64,000 nucleotides of DNA, taken from the NCBI GenBank assembly GCA_964106915.2, contig OZ066918.1; one strand, written 5' to 3'. The translations under genes were made by a program, and so were the position numbers. This document shows positions 25,319 to 36,800 of this stretch, piece by piece. Numbering within the stretch: position 1 is the first letter of the stretch; each line of letters opens with the position of its first letter. The DNA is from Podarcis gaigeae (Eukaryota). The notes under the pieces are model-generated. The model was not told the DNA's origin and searched no databases. It saw nothing but the letters and a program-made list of their open reading frames with translations.

Positions 25319-26119
25319 CAGTGGCGTAGCGTGGGTTGTCAGCACCCGGGGCAAGGCAAGTGATTTGCGCCCCCTAACCCGTGGATTTGCCCTAACCCCA
25401 GAAGTTGCGCCCCCCCTGCACCCCCCACGCTACGCCACTGTGGAGTCGTCCGCCATCCTGAGCCAGCGGACCGACCGATCGCTCGCCCGCCCGGAGCCGC
25501 TGCGGCCGGAGAGCTGCGGCCGATCGCGCTGCGCCCTCTGCCCGCCGCCGGCTCTAGGCCAAACCCCGGGCCCGACTCGGGAAGCAAATACCGCGCATGA
25601 GAGGAAAAGACGCGCAAACCCCCGGCGCAGGCAAAGCGCTTGTTGACACGGGAGGGGAGGGGGGGAGAGGAAACGCTGCTGGTGCCGCTGCTCCTCGGCA
25701 GCGGCTCCTCCTCTTAGCCCGCCCTGCTTACATTTGCGCCAATCCCCGCCCACTAAAGCCTTTGCGCCTCCCAATGGGAAGCCTTGCCGGGCGGCGGCCT
25801 CTGCTGCCTGAGAGTTCTAAAGCCACGCCCACTTTCCCAGAGACTGGCTGTTCTGAGGGATCCAGGGCAGGGCCGGCGTGCGCGCGCGCTTCTTGCTGCC
25901 CGGGCGCTTGCTCTAATCCCGCCTTCCCTGGGAGGGAGGGACGGCGGTGGCCGCGAGCGTCCGGGGTGGGGCACGCGCTGGCTCTCCCTGGCGCCCCCGC
26001 GCCTGGCGTTCTATCAGCGCCACCAGGACCAGATAGGGGCAGAGAGCTCCGAGTGCGCCCCCAAAAATGTTGCGCCCGGTGCGGCTGGCACCCCTTGCAC
26101 CCCCCACGCTACGCCACTG
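25319..26119. mobile_element. Composite non-autonomous hAT element with GC-rich cargo
   Basis: 17-bp TIRs CAGTGGCGTAGCGTGGG / CCCACGCTACGCCACTG; exact 8-bp TSD GAGTCTGG at 25311-25318 and 26120-26127; extra internal right TIR ending at 25440. Confidence 0.9.
25441..26050 (-). promoter_or_regulatory. CpG-island promoter/first-exon-like cargo inside the hAT element
   Basis: Very CpG-dense relative to flanks; GC boxes at 25718-25724, 25744-25753, 25823-25830; CCAAT at 25739 and 25771; minus-strand GC-rich leader ending cagg-ATG-G (ATG at 25456-25454). Confidence 0.65.
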
Positions 26120-27975
26120 GAGTCTGGCAAGACTGGCCCGTACGGGCAGGGGTACCTTTACCTTTACCTTACCTCCTCTGTTATGAATCGAGTTGAAGGC
26201 AAGAATGAATGAAAGATAAGATATAGTGCTTAGGCTGGTTCTGAACTGTGATTAAGAATGTCATGCTTGTATCAGCAGCATCAGAACAGCCGATGCAGTC
26301 CACTTGAAAAATGCCCCCATCTAAATCCATAGGATGTAGGTGCATGTTGGTGCACATACTTGGGCTCTCTGACTCTCGGGGGGCCCTAATAATGAAGGCG
26401 ATGGGGAAATGCACTGAAAAGTGTAGGGTGACCGAATGATTAATGGAAAGATTTATAAACAACGCTGCAAGCAAATCAGAATAAATGCTCAAGAAACCAA
26501 AGTGGGACTATTATAGCTATCAGAACTTTTGCCACACAAAAAATGCTTGCAAGAATGCATAATCATAATGACATATGTGTCACAAGCATAAGATAAGCAC
26601 TAATAATTAGGTAATAAGTTCCACGTTAAAGTCTTTAATGTTCACCTCCTTAAATAATAGTTTCCAAAATACATGAATCTGTACTGATTCTTACTTCCCC
26701 CTCCCCTGCTTTTCCCTTCCTGGTTTCCTTCCCTTTGGAGTAATTCCAGTATTCTGGAGCTGGAAAGCAGATGTTAACAGGGAAGAAAACGCTCAGACAA
26801 ATGGAGGCCTCTCCCCCCCCCCTTTTCTCCCACCCCCCAGTGTTGTTACAGTTTGGGTGCTAACGTTTCATTCAGCATTTAAAAAACTTTTTTGGAATTG
26901 CAGTGTAGCTGCTTCTATATATTACCACCTTCTTGTTGCATTCCACTCTCCAGTGCATCCGAATGTTGTCCTCCCTCCCCTGCTCCATTTTCCTTTACAG
27001 TATTATGAATGTTGAGAAGGTTCACAAGTGGTTACTGTTCTAACCCTAAACTCTTAAATTGAACTGTTGTCTTCCACAGCTATGGGAAACTGTGCAAGCA
27101 AATAGCCTGTCAGATAATGTGCTTAATGCAGGGACGCCAACTCATGGGGGACGAGAATTAGGGGGCGTCTGCTTCTCCTGCTGCTGCTGTGCAAGGGAAG
27201 AAGGTTCGAAGCACATACACACACACCCAGCTAGTGGTGGCAGGAGGAGGAGGAGGAGTGGCCTGCCATTGAAGCTGCTTGCTAGAGGGGCAAAAGGGGA
27301 AGGAAGAAAATTTCAGAAGAGTAGGTTATATTTCTGCAACTAAGCCCATGGCATTTGTAACTCCATCTGGTTTTAAGTCCTTGTGAGCTTTGATTCAAAG
27401 TAAACTTTATTATTGGGTTAGCTCCCCCAATGCTGGGGGTGCTTCCAGATGGGCATCAGTGTTCCCTTTGCATGCTTTCCCCCCCTCTTTCAATGTCCAC
27501 GTGGAATTGTTGGCATAAAAGTGCCACCCCCACCCCCCATTTTTCCCTTTCCAGGAAATATCTCCAAGTCTAAAAACCCCATCTCTACCTACCCATTTAG
27601 TGATATCTCAATGACCTCTTTGCAATGACTATCTGGCTATCTGGAAGCATCCAGGATCCAGTGACTATTGGGTTTTGTATTTCCAAAGTAGGATTCCTGG
27701 AGCACACTTACCAGTTGCTAGGCAGCTAGGGCTGATGGGATTTGGAGTTTAACCATAGCTAGAGGACCACAGGCTTATCATCTCTGCTTCATTTCAGTAT
27801 TGCAGCACTGACCGGCAACTGTGTGGTTATAGTCACTTTCCATTAGTAGGGTTTTTTTGCATGCATTTTAAGGTGTGCATGGGGATTCTAATTCTATTCC
27901 TGTACATCATCCTGCAACACCATGTCAGATTTTGAGGCACAGAAAACTGAATATATTTGCGTTTTCTATTTCTAG

Positions 27976-28310
27976 GTATTTAGGCAAAGAGGGCTGGGCC
28001 CCAGCCTCGTACCTGAAAAAAGCAAAAGATGACCTTCCATCAAGGAAAAAGAACTTGACGGGGCCAGTGGAAATTATAGGAAACATCATGGAGATCAGCA
28101 ACCTGTTGAATAAGAAATCCTCTAGTGACAAGGAAACCCAGTCAGAAATTGAAACAGCAGAATCCCACATCACCAAGAAGGAGATAAGCTTGCCCATCTT
28201 ATGCAATGATTCTAATGGCAATGCCATGATGACTCAAGACAAACAGATTTCAAAATTGGCACAGGGTTCTCCAGCCATAGCACGGATTGCGCCACAAAGA
28301 GCTCAAATAA
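27976..28310 (+). CDS. SH3PXD2A: SH3PXD2A internal exon, end of second SH3 domain plus linker
   Basis: tag|GTATT..AATAA|gtaag; 335 nt; (R)YLGKEGWAPASYLKKAKDDLP..GPVEIIGNIMEISNLLNKK..IARIAPQRAQI; phases fit neighbouring exons. Confidence 0.96.
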
Positions 28311-29961
28311 GTAAGGCCATAGTAGACTCCTAGCTACTTATTTACTGCTGGGGCAGGTTGGAAGGGTCAACAACTTCTGATGGATTGAGGAAAATACTAG
28401 TTGAGAGCAGCTTCCTCAGCCCGGTTCTTCAGATGTTTAGGGGACTACATCTCCCATCAGCCCCAGCCAGCATGGCCCAGTGATCAAGGGTGATGGGTGG
28501 TGCTTTTGCCTTGGGCCCTCAAAAGTTGTTGGACTCCAACTCCCAGCATCCACGGTCATCTTGCCAAATGGTCAGGGATGATGGGAAATGTCATCCAACA
28601 ACATATGGGGACCCCAGCTCATTCTTAAATATAGAAAATGGGTGAATTTAAAGTTATATGATTATACCAATTAAGCCATTAAAAACTATGATTGAAACGA
28701 GAGGTTTGTGAAAATGGAGTTGGCACCAGAAATATACAGAGGAGGGAGGATAGATGAATGCATATGATAGCAAGTCTTGCAGGGCAGAGTGGAATATTAA
28801 TAAGGAGTGCAGGCTACACCTGGCTAGGCCCCTTGGCTGATGTTTGTCTGCAAAAAGTCTGACAACCACCAGTCTGTGATTGATTGCTATGATCCTGAAT
28901 GTGACATGATTCCTGCATAGACTCATCTTTTGGGAAGACATCTGATGCCCCCTTCTGGTGAATTGCTCCTAAAAGTCTAGATTTCTATACAGTATTAGCA
29001 CAAGGGTTTTTCAGTTGTTCACATCTAGAGTGATTGAACAGACATAAAGAGGGGGCATGGAATCATGGCAGCAAGCTCTGCTTCAGTACAGTCACTTGAA
29101 GGTCAGAACAGAGCCCACAGAAGTATAATCCTGTCAGGGTTCCAAAAGCCATGGAGAGAGTCATCTGTATTTACAGCTCTGTTTTCATAGGCTCCATACA
29201 GTTCTTACTTGAAGGTGTGCAGAATGGAGACAGGGACCATATGGTCATCTTGTTCCCCTCTCTGCATGCAAAGATCACATGAAAGGAGCTCCATTGTTGT
29301 GAATAGCCATGCCATGTTTCTGGGCATCATAGAAAACAAGACAAAATTCCCATACTATGTTGGCTTAACTCCAAAAACCCACTGGTTTTATTTTGACTTC
29401 TTTGCACCTTGCCCCCACCATCAGTTCCATCCAACATAATTTGGCAAGATTAAAAGAATCATCTGTTTTAATTATTACTCTCCCGTGTCTCAGATAAAGC
29501 AGATCAGTTCTGGCTTCAGCACATAGTAACCCTTTTGGGGTGGGGGCAGGTGAAGACCTTTTCATTTGTCTAGACCTCTTAGAGCTTGTAGACAGGCCTT
29601 TGCCAACCTGGTGCCCTCCAGTTGTTTTGGACCCCAACTCCCATCAGCCCCAGCCAGCACAGGTTGTAATCTAAAACATCTGGCGCTTGTGGGAGTCTTG
29701 GAGAGTTGTCAGTCCTGTTTTTATGCTGACTTTGCTGCTCTGTTGGTTTTCATAAGTATGTTATTTGTATTTTGTTTAAAAACATAAGGTGCCCAGGAAG
29801 GCTTTGCGCCTTAAAAATTGTTATTAAATTATTGTAACAAATAAATTATTTTATTTTTCTTGGACACGTTAATTTTTATTTTAATTGCTGGCAGAACATT
29901 GAAGCTTGGATGTGCATGTGCCTGTTCTGGTTAAATATGGAATATTTTTTTCTTTCACTAG

Positions 29962-30011
29962 GTTCTCCAAATCTAAGAACCAGACCTCCCCCAAGAAGAG
30001 AATCTAGTTTG
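29962..30011 (+). CDS. SH3PXD2A: SH3PXD2A 50-nt exon (proline-rich)
   Basis: tag|GTTCT..GTTTG|gtgagt; (S)SPNLRTRPPPRRESSL. Confidence 0.94.
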
Positions 30012-30188
30012 GTGAGTGCTAATTTCTTTTATACTTCCAATTGCACTTGCAAATATTTAACTTTGCACAAATGCAACACCTCTTAATCTGTTGCACTCAG
30101 GTCCAAGTGGAACAGGAAGAAAGAAAGTGGGAAGAATTACCCTCTTTTGTTTTCCCAGTTGTGCACATACTACTTTTATATTGTCTTT

Positions 30189-30515
30189 GGCCACATTCAC
30201 ACCATACAGTTAAAGCACTATGATACCATTTTAAATGGTCATTGCTTCTCCCAAAAAATCATGGGAAGTGTAGTTTAATAAGGGTACTGAGAGTTATTAG
30301 GAGGCTCCTATTCCCTTCACAGAACTACTGTTTCCAGAGTTTCCTGGGAAGAATGATAGATTGTTAAACCACTCTCAGAATTGTAGCTCTTTGAGGGGAT
30401 CTCCAAAAACTCTCAGCACCCTTAAAAACTTCAGTTCCCAAGATTCTTGGGGGGAAAGCAGTGGCTCTTAAAAAGTGATATCCAAGTACCTTAAATATAT
30501 GTTGTGGATGTAGCC
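30189..30515. mobile_element. Fold-back MITE (PIF/Harbinger-like termini)
   Basis: GGCCACATTCACACCATA ... TATGTTGTGGATGTAGCC termini, TTT on both sides, internal halves imperfectly complementary. Confidence 0.6.
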
Positions 30516-31687
30516 TTTCTAACTTGTCAAAAATTGTTTGGAGCTATTAGTGATCCATGAGCTACAGCTGTATTACAGAACTGAGTTTTATTCCATCCCC
30601 CACATACTCCTGTCTCTTCATTTTGAGTTGTACCATACATAGGTTATAGTGTGAATATGTACGTGCAAGCTTCCACTTCTTTAATGTACTAGACCAAGTT
30701 TGTCCTTAAAATACCTATTTTCCTGCCACACCCACCTCTATCAAATGCAGGCCTGGATTTGCTCATTCCAGTGGCATGCCATTTTGTAAAGCATTTAATC
30801 TAGAGAAATATAAACTGTCCAATGAAGAAAGGCTCTTCATCCTGTTTCCCTCATCTGCCCTTTTTTCCCTTCACAAAAAAGGTGGGAGAAGAAATATACA
30901 CTGTCAAAATGGTTTCAGCAATAGTTAAAAGGTTGGGTTGAATATAGATTTTTTCATTGTGTGTATTTGAATGTTTTCTCTGCGTTCTACCTCCCTCAGG
31001 TCTTATAATCTTGCTTGAGTGATTATAACTATTACTGAGGTGAACCATCAGTGTTGCCCTTAATGTAAAAAAAACAAACCCCAAAACCTAGCCACCTCTG
31101 CTGTAGGATTTCTACTATGAAGCAATTTCCACTTAATATTTTTAAGTTGTTCAAGGCTTGTGAGTTTTAAGCTCCTATGCATCCATCCACATTATCCAGT
31201 CATTTAAAAACGGGGAATGGAGATGGCAGCACAGCAGGTCTTCCTGCTTCAAGGGTTTTCGTCTTCTTCCCATTCCGTAGGAAGTGGAAATCTCACTAAT
31301 GTATTTGAATTGAGGAAGTTTAAAACTGACTGAGAGCTGCATCACTGGACTGGTAACACCCATTCTCCTTGATTGGCCACCAGGTTTAAGGGATAGCTGG
31401 ACTACAGTCCCCATTATCCTTGGCGATTGGCCATGTCACTGGATCTGATGGAAATTGTAGTCCAGCAATATCTGGAGGGCCACATCCTAGCTACCCCTTG
31501 ATGCAATGGCTTATGAGCTTTTAATATCTGGGCTGACATTTATTCATCTCACTTCCTTGCTTAAAATGCAAGCAGCTTTCTTAAAATAAAATAAAATAAA
31601 ATAAAATAAAACCTTAATTTTCCCTCCTTCCCTCTGCACCCTATTGCCACTTTTAACTACTCTCCTTATTGCTTTTTCTCACTGCAG

Positions 31688-31807
31688 GGCTTCCAGCTGC
31701 CTAAACCTCCTGAGCCACCATCAGTGGAAGTTGAATACTACACCATTGCAGAGTTCCAGTCTTGTATCTCTGATGGGATCAGCTTTCATGGGGGACAAAA
31801 GGCGGAG
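31688..31807 (+). CDS. SH3PXD2A: SH3PXD2A exon, start of third SH3 domain
   Basis: cag|GGC..GAG|gtaagc; 120 nt, phase 0-0; [40 protein letters not shown]. Confidence 0.96.
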
Positions 31808-31954
31808 GTAAGCCTAGAAAGGGAAACAAGCTAATGAGTGATGGGTAGCTGCTAAACCTTAGGCAGAAATGTGACGGTAGCATAGATAAAAAATAATGTG
31901 CTATTATTTTGTCTTTTTCCTCCCAAATTAATCTCTATGTTAATCCCTCTCTAG

Positions 31955-33841
31955 GTTATTGACAAGAATTCTGGTGGCTGGTGGTATGTGCAGATTGGTG
32001 AAAAGGAAGGCTGGGCTCCAGCATCATACATTGACAAAAGGAAGAAGCCAAATTTAAACAGGCGAACAAGTACTTTGACCAGACCCAAAGTTCCTCCCCC
32101 AGCACCTCCCAATAAATCAAAAGACTCTGAAGAAGGAACAGTTGCTGGAACCATATCTTCAGGAGATGCCCAGGACAAGCAAAAGTATGAGGAGCCAGAG
32201 TATGATGTGCCTGCCTTTGGTGCTGACTCTGAGTCTGAGCTGAGCCAAGGGGAAGATGGCAGCTTAGAGAGAGGCATGTTCCATCTACTCAAGCCTTCCC
32301 CTGTGTCAACCCTCCAAAGGGCAAAATTCCGAGTTGGAGAGTCATCTGAAGATGTAGCACATGAAGAGGAGACCATCTATGAAAATGAAGGCTTCAGGCC
32401 ATACATCGAAGATGCTTTGTCAAGCAAAGAATCTAGTGGGGACTCTGATTCTCAAAGAAGTTCATCACTGTCTCTGATCCAAAGAAATTCTCCGTGTTCT
32501 GTTTCTCCCAAGTCTTCCCTCCTGAAGCCCAAAAGCGACAAGAGCATTCAGCCAAACCTTGGGAAGCCGCACTACCCCCGGAATGAGGAGACAAAGCCAA
32601 GGTCCGCTTCAGACGTTGGTTTAAGTAGCATGCCCAAAACTGGGCTAAAGAGGGATACTGGGGAGGCAGTGTCTAGCAGGGCAAAACCAATGGTGAGACC
32701 AAAACCTTTCCTGAACAAAGCAGACTCCCAAAGCCAAGAAAGGATGGACATCAGCACTTTACGTCACCAGCTGAGACCAACTGGACAGCTGAGAGGCGGA
32801 CTTAAAGGTTCAAGAAGTGAAGAGTCTGAAAGTCCACCTCGGACAGCTTCTGGAAACCCAGAAGAGTCATTCAGAAGAAGCTCTGCAGATCTCATTCCCA
32901 CTCATTCCCATGCCATATTCTACTCCAGCCAGCCAAACAAGGCAGAGAATGAAAACAACTCCTCAAAATGTATCTATGTAACTACTGATTCTTACCAGAA
33001 AGTTCAAGATTCTGAGATCAGCTTCCCAGCGGGGATAACAGTGGAAGTTCTAGAAAAGCAAACAAGTGGGTGGTGGTATTTGAGATATGGAGACACAGAA
33101 GGCTGGGCTCCTTCTCACTATCTGGTACTGTCTGATAACCAGCAACGGGAAACCGCTTCGAATGAGGCTAACATCTCAGTGGCCAAGAACAGAAGGAATG
33201 AAAACAAATCCAACAGTTTGGAGAAGATAGAGAAGAAGGTCCAAGCACTCAACACCATCAACCAGAGCAAGAGAGCAACGCCTCCCATTCCCAGCAAACC
33301 ACCTGGTGGCTTTTCTAAAACATCTGGGTCTGTCAAATTGCGGAATGGGGTTAGGCAACTAGCAGTGAGGCCACAGTCAGTGTTTGTCTCCCCACCACCC
33401 AAGGATAATAACTTGCCTTGTTCCCTGCGTAGGAATGAGTCTCTTACTGCCACAGACCACCTGAGGGCAGTACGCCGCAACTCTTCTTTCAATGCTGCCC
33501 AACCTCAGACTAGTGATTCTAAGATAAAGCACACTGATCGGCTGGGTTCTGAGGGGTCTGAGACAAGTTCCTACGTACCTTCTGAGCGCAATGGAATCCC
33601 AGTGTCCACAGTCAGGCCCAAGCCCATTGAAAAATCCCAGTTCATTCACAATAACCTTAAGGATATCTACATCTCCATTGCAGATTATGAGGGGGACGAA
33701 GAAACTGCTGGATTTCAGGAAGGTGTCTGCATGGAGGTCCTGGAAAGGAACCCAAATGGTTGGTGGTACTGTCAGATCATGGATGGAGGAAAACCTTTTA
33801 AAGGCTGGGTGCCCTCGAATTATTTGGAGAAAAAGAATTAG
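31955..33841 (+). CDS. SH3PXD2A: SH3PXD2A terminal coding exon (end of SH3 C, SH3 D, SH3 E)
   Basis: tag|GTTATT; VIDKNSGGWWYVQIGEKEGWAPASY.., Src-site motifs YEEPEYDVP and ETIYENEGF, two further SH3 domains, ends GWVPSNYLEKKN-TAG; 628 codons plus stop. Confidence 0.98.
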   Translation, partial: VIDKNSGGWWYVQIGEKEGWAPASYIDKRKKPNLNRRTSTLTRPKVPPPAPPNKSKDSEEGTVAGTISSGDAQDKQKYEEPEYDVPAFGADSESELSQGEDGSLERGMFHLLKPSPVSTLQRAKFRVGESSEDVAHEEETIYENEGFRPYIEDALSSKESSGDSDSQRSSSLSLIQRNSPCSVSPKSSLLKPKSDKSIQPNLGKPHYPRNEETKPRSASDVGLSSMPKTGLKRDTGEAVSSRAKPMVRPKPFLNKADSQSQERMDISTLRHQLRPTGQLRGGLKGSRSEESESPPRTASGNPEESFRRSSADLIPTHSHAIFYSSQPNKAENENNSSKCIYVTTDSYQKVQDSEISFPAGITVEVLEKQTSGWWYLRYGDTEGWAPSHYLVLSDNQQRETASNEANISVAKNRRNENKSNSLEKIEKKVQALNTINQSKRATPPIPSKPPGGFSKTSGSVKLRNGVRQLAVRPQSVFVSPPPKDNNLPCSLRRNESLTATDHLRAVRRNSSFNAAQPQTSDSKIKHTDRLGSEGSETSSYVPSERNGIPVSTVRPKPIEKSQFIHNNLKDIYISIADYEGDEETAGFQEGVCMEVLERNPNGWWYCQIMDGGKPFKGWVPSNYLEKKN

Positions 33842-36800
33842 AGTCTTTAAATTCCATTATTTATACTTTTATACTGTGTACATACGGAAGGAAGGGAGGA
33901 AATACAATGATTTTATTCCCTTTTTATTCTATCTAATATACAAGGGACTGTTGATCTGACCTTTGCTGCCGTCTTTGAGGGTGTTTGAAGGAATTGGCTT
34001 GTTCAGCAAATATCAAGGAAAAAGGCAGCTGGAACTAATGGCATTCTCTTTCTGTTTTGGTGAAGACTTTCATAATTTTGAGTGCAACGTGGTTCACTAT
34101 TCCACCATCCTGGTTGTCATAAAAGGAAACCAAATGCGTGCCTTTCACAGTATAGTTTGGACCTGTGCATCGACTTGCAAATGGTGGGGAGTTTGGTGCC
34201 AACCTGGACATGTTAAAAAAACCTGCTTGTTCATTTCTTCCACATGGAGTGTGCGAAAGTGTTTCCAAGCTGTGGATGAGTCTCCACCACCAGCAAGATA
34301 TCTTTCAGTCAGCAGAGCAAGTGGGGAAACTCAAGAAATCCAGTGTTGGCCCTCAGCTATCACATTCTTGTCTCCAGATTGAAGGCTTGGAGCTTTTTCA
34401 CTGTGCATTGCTAGTACCTGACATTAAGTGCATATTGTCAGTTTCCCCCAATGGCACCGGTCATGCTTCTGTCCTGTGGTGATCTCTGTGTCAACTGTTT
34501 GGGGAAGGGGTCAAGTTTGTTTTACTATTATTATTGGAATTAGATGTGTAGTCAAACTTTAATGTGGTTCCTAGGTGTTTGTATGCACACTAAAAATTAT
34601 GTGTTTGCAACACACCTCTTGTGCAAACTTATTGATCTCAAAATTTAATGTTTTATTTTGAGGTTCTTCTGAACAACCAATACTGAAAGTACTTTGAAAG
34701 GGTTTGTCACATACTTTGCTATCCAGAGCCTCATATTGGACTATGAAGCAGCAAAGTTTCATCTGAATGCAGGGAATATCAGTTGTCTGTAGCTTAAACA
34801 GGGAATCTGCTGTTCCACAAAGCCCCATTTGCTGGCTCATGGACCATCATGGGTTTGGCTCCTTGGCCATCCATAAGCCTTTGCTAAACGGAAAGGGATT
34901 TCTCAAGAACTCTTCCCTTCCTCTTCAGGTCAGAATTACCAGGCTTGCTTCCACCAGTGCTTCTGCACAACTCCTTAAGCTGTGCATGCACTCTGCTCCC
35001 ATCCCAAAGCCCCATAAGGCTTCAGCTCTTGTGGCCGCACAGTGGCCTCCTGTGGCTTGAAAACCACGCCAATGAGTCATGTAGCACAGTGGTGATGGCT
35101 TCTCCAGAGCCATCTGCATGGCTCCACCTGCCAAAGTAGGTGACTTGGCCCTGAGTGGAGGGGATTTGCTTCCACATAATGGGCCTTTGTTTTGCAGGGG
35201 CTTTCCATTGTTTCCTATGAAGGAAATAATTTATTCATGTTCACAGGGATTGGATCTCTCTATTGTGCATGATGTAAAAACATTTCCTTGCCAGTAGAAG
35301 AGAGTAAGAAGTTATTTTTCTGTAAGGAGTAAGGGATACCTTGAAGCCACTGCACCACAGCCAGTTGCCCACTCCAGGTGCTACTTGAGGTGCAGGAGTG
35401 TCTATATGTAAACATGGAGCTTCTACGTGTCCATGCTCTTCCGCATGCCCTTCATTGATAGAGGAGTGATACCCCGTGTGCATCCTCATGTGGAAATGAG
35501 GCGGACAGTGCCAGTGCAGGAATTGTGCATGCATGTCAGAACGCTCACAGTGCTTAAGATCAAGAATACCGGGAGTAACAAATTTAAAATAAAAACAAAG
35601 CAAGGAGACCCATACAGTTTGTATTTAAGTGTTGTTTCCAGATATGAATGCCCATTCTCAGCCAGGAGAGAAGCATCTGTGTTTACAAAGTTGGGGCAGG
35701 GAAGAGAGAAAAAAGCCATGCATTTTACTGTCTGCACAATTGTTTTTAATTTGTATATTTGCGGGATGATTTTTATTTTTGAACCATCTGTGTCCTAAAC
35801 TTTTTATTTCCCCCTTTTTAAGAGCAAGCAGTAGGAATCCCTCTTCCGTTGTATTCACTTGAACATTACTCTGTGTTGGGAGAGAAGCACCTGATACTTT
35901 CAAAACCTGCAAAGCAATTGAATGAGAACACTATTGAGTGGAGAATATACCTGTTCAAGCACCTGCTCACCTGCACACATGGACAGTCTCTCCATTTCTG
36001 TTTCTACCCCCACCATTGATATTTATAAGCATGAAACTTCAAAGATAGAACATTTGTGGGAGAGCATGGAAAAAATGAAAAGCCACTGGGGGAAAAAGGC
36101 TTGGGTGCAAAGTGTATCCCCCTCCCCGTGGCCTCAAACACCAGCCCTTAAATAAACTTTATAATTGTAAAAAAGGAAACACCGGAAGGCCTTTGCTTAA
36201 GAATACCGACTCTCAGATGAGAGTTTGATGTCTCTGTCCTGAGGCCCAGCATTTTGTGTGTCAAGAGAAGAAAACCAGCTGTGTCTGTGTTACTGTGCAA
36301 GAATAAATAATATAAATAACTCTTTCATCTTCCAGCAACACTTCATGCCTTCCACTAGGTGAAAGAGAAAAGAATGGAAAGATTTGAACGAACTGAATGG
36401 ATGCATTTCTTCCAAAGGATTCAAAATCAAATATAATGGGGAGATGTTTGGTCTTTGGGAAACATTACATAATTCTCACTTGATTCATCTCTCTTTCTCT
36501 TTAAACAAAAATATGGTGTTACGCGTCTTGAATCAATGAGAAATGTTGGGGGAGGGGTTGATTTCTGCAGCTCATGTGCCAATTGTCCTTTCAGTTTGAT
36601 CTGTTGAGACACCATTAAAGTTTGGCTGCCACCACCTTCCATACTATTGTTTATATTGGATAAATAAGCATGGAAGAAGGGTTGGCTTGTGTGAAACAGG
36701 AAGGGATGGAGAGGCCTGTGACGCGCTCAGTGGAAGAGCCCATGGGGAGAAGGTCATGATCTACACTGCAAAGTAAAAGGTGTAGGTGTTTTTCCTGAGC

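Larger units (their letters stand above)
24999..26171 (+). mobile_element. Sauria SINE interrupted by an 801-bp DNA transposon
   Basis: SINE body 24999-25318, resumes 26120-26171 with (ACCTTT) tail; ~10-bp TSD CCTCCTCT(A/G)T at 24989-24998 and 26172-26181. Confidence 0.9.

Noticed and set aside
25339-26212. Cluster of long ORFs (up to 199 aa) on both strands
   Set aside because: Expected in very GC-rich, stop-poor DNA; Ala/Arg/Gly/Pro-biased, no domain recognised, and several cross transposon boundaries. No transposase motifs.
27875-28333. 152-aa ORF as a standalone gene
   Set aside because: Only 27976-28310 is Tks5-like and splice-bounded; the flanks are intronic read-through.
31951-33649. 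Antisense ORFs overlapping the terminal SH3PXD2A exon
   Set aside because: Shadows of the sense coding sequence; no independent signals.
33839-33850. Stop-codon readthrough of SH3PXD2A
   Set aside because: TAG is followed by AGT CTT TAA; no readthrough motif and an immediate second stop.
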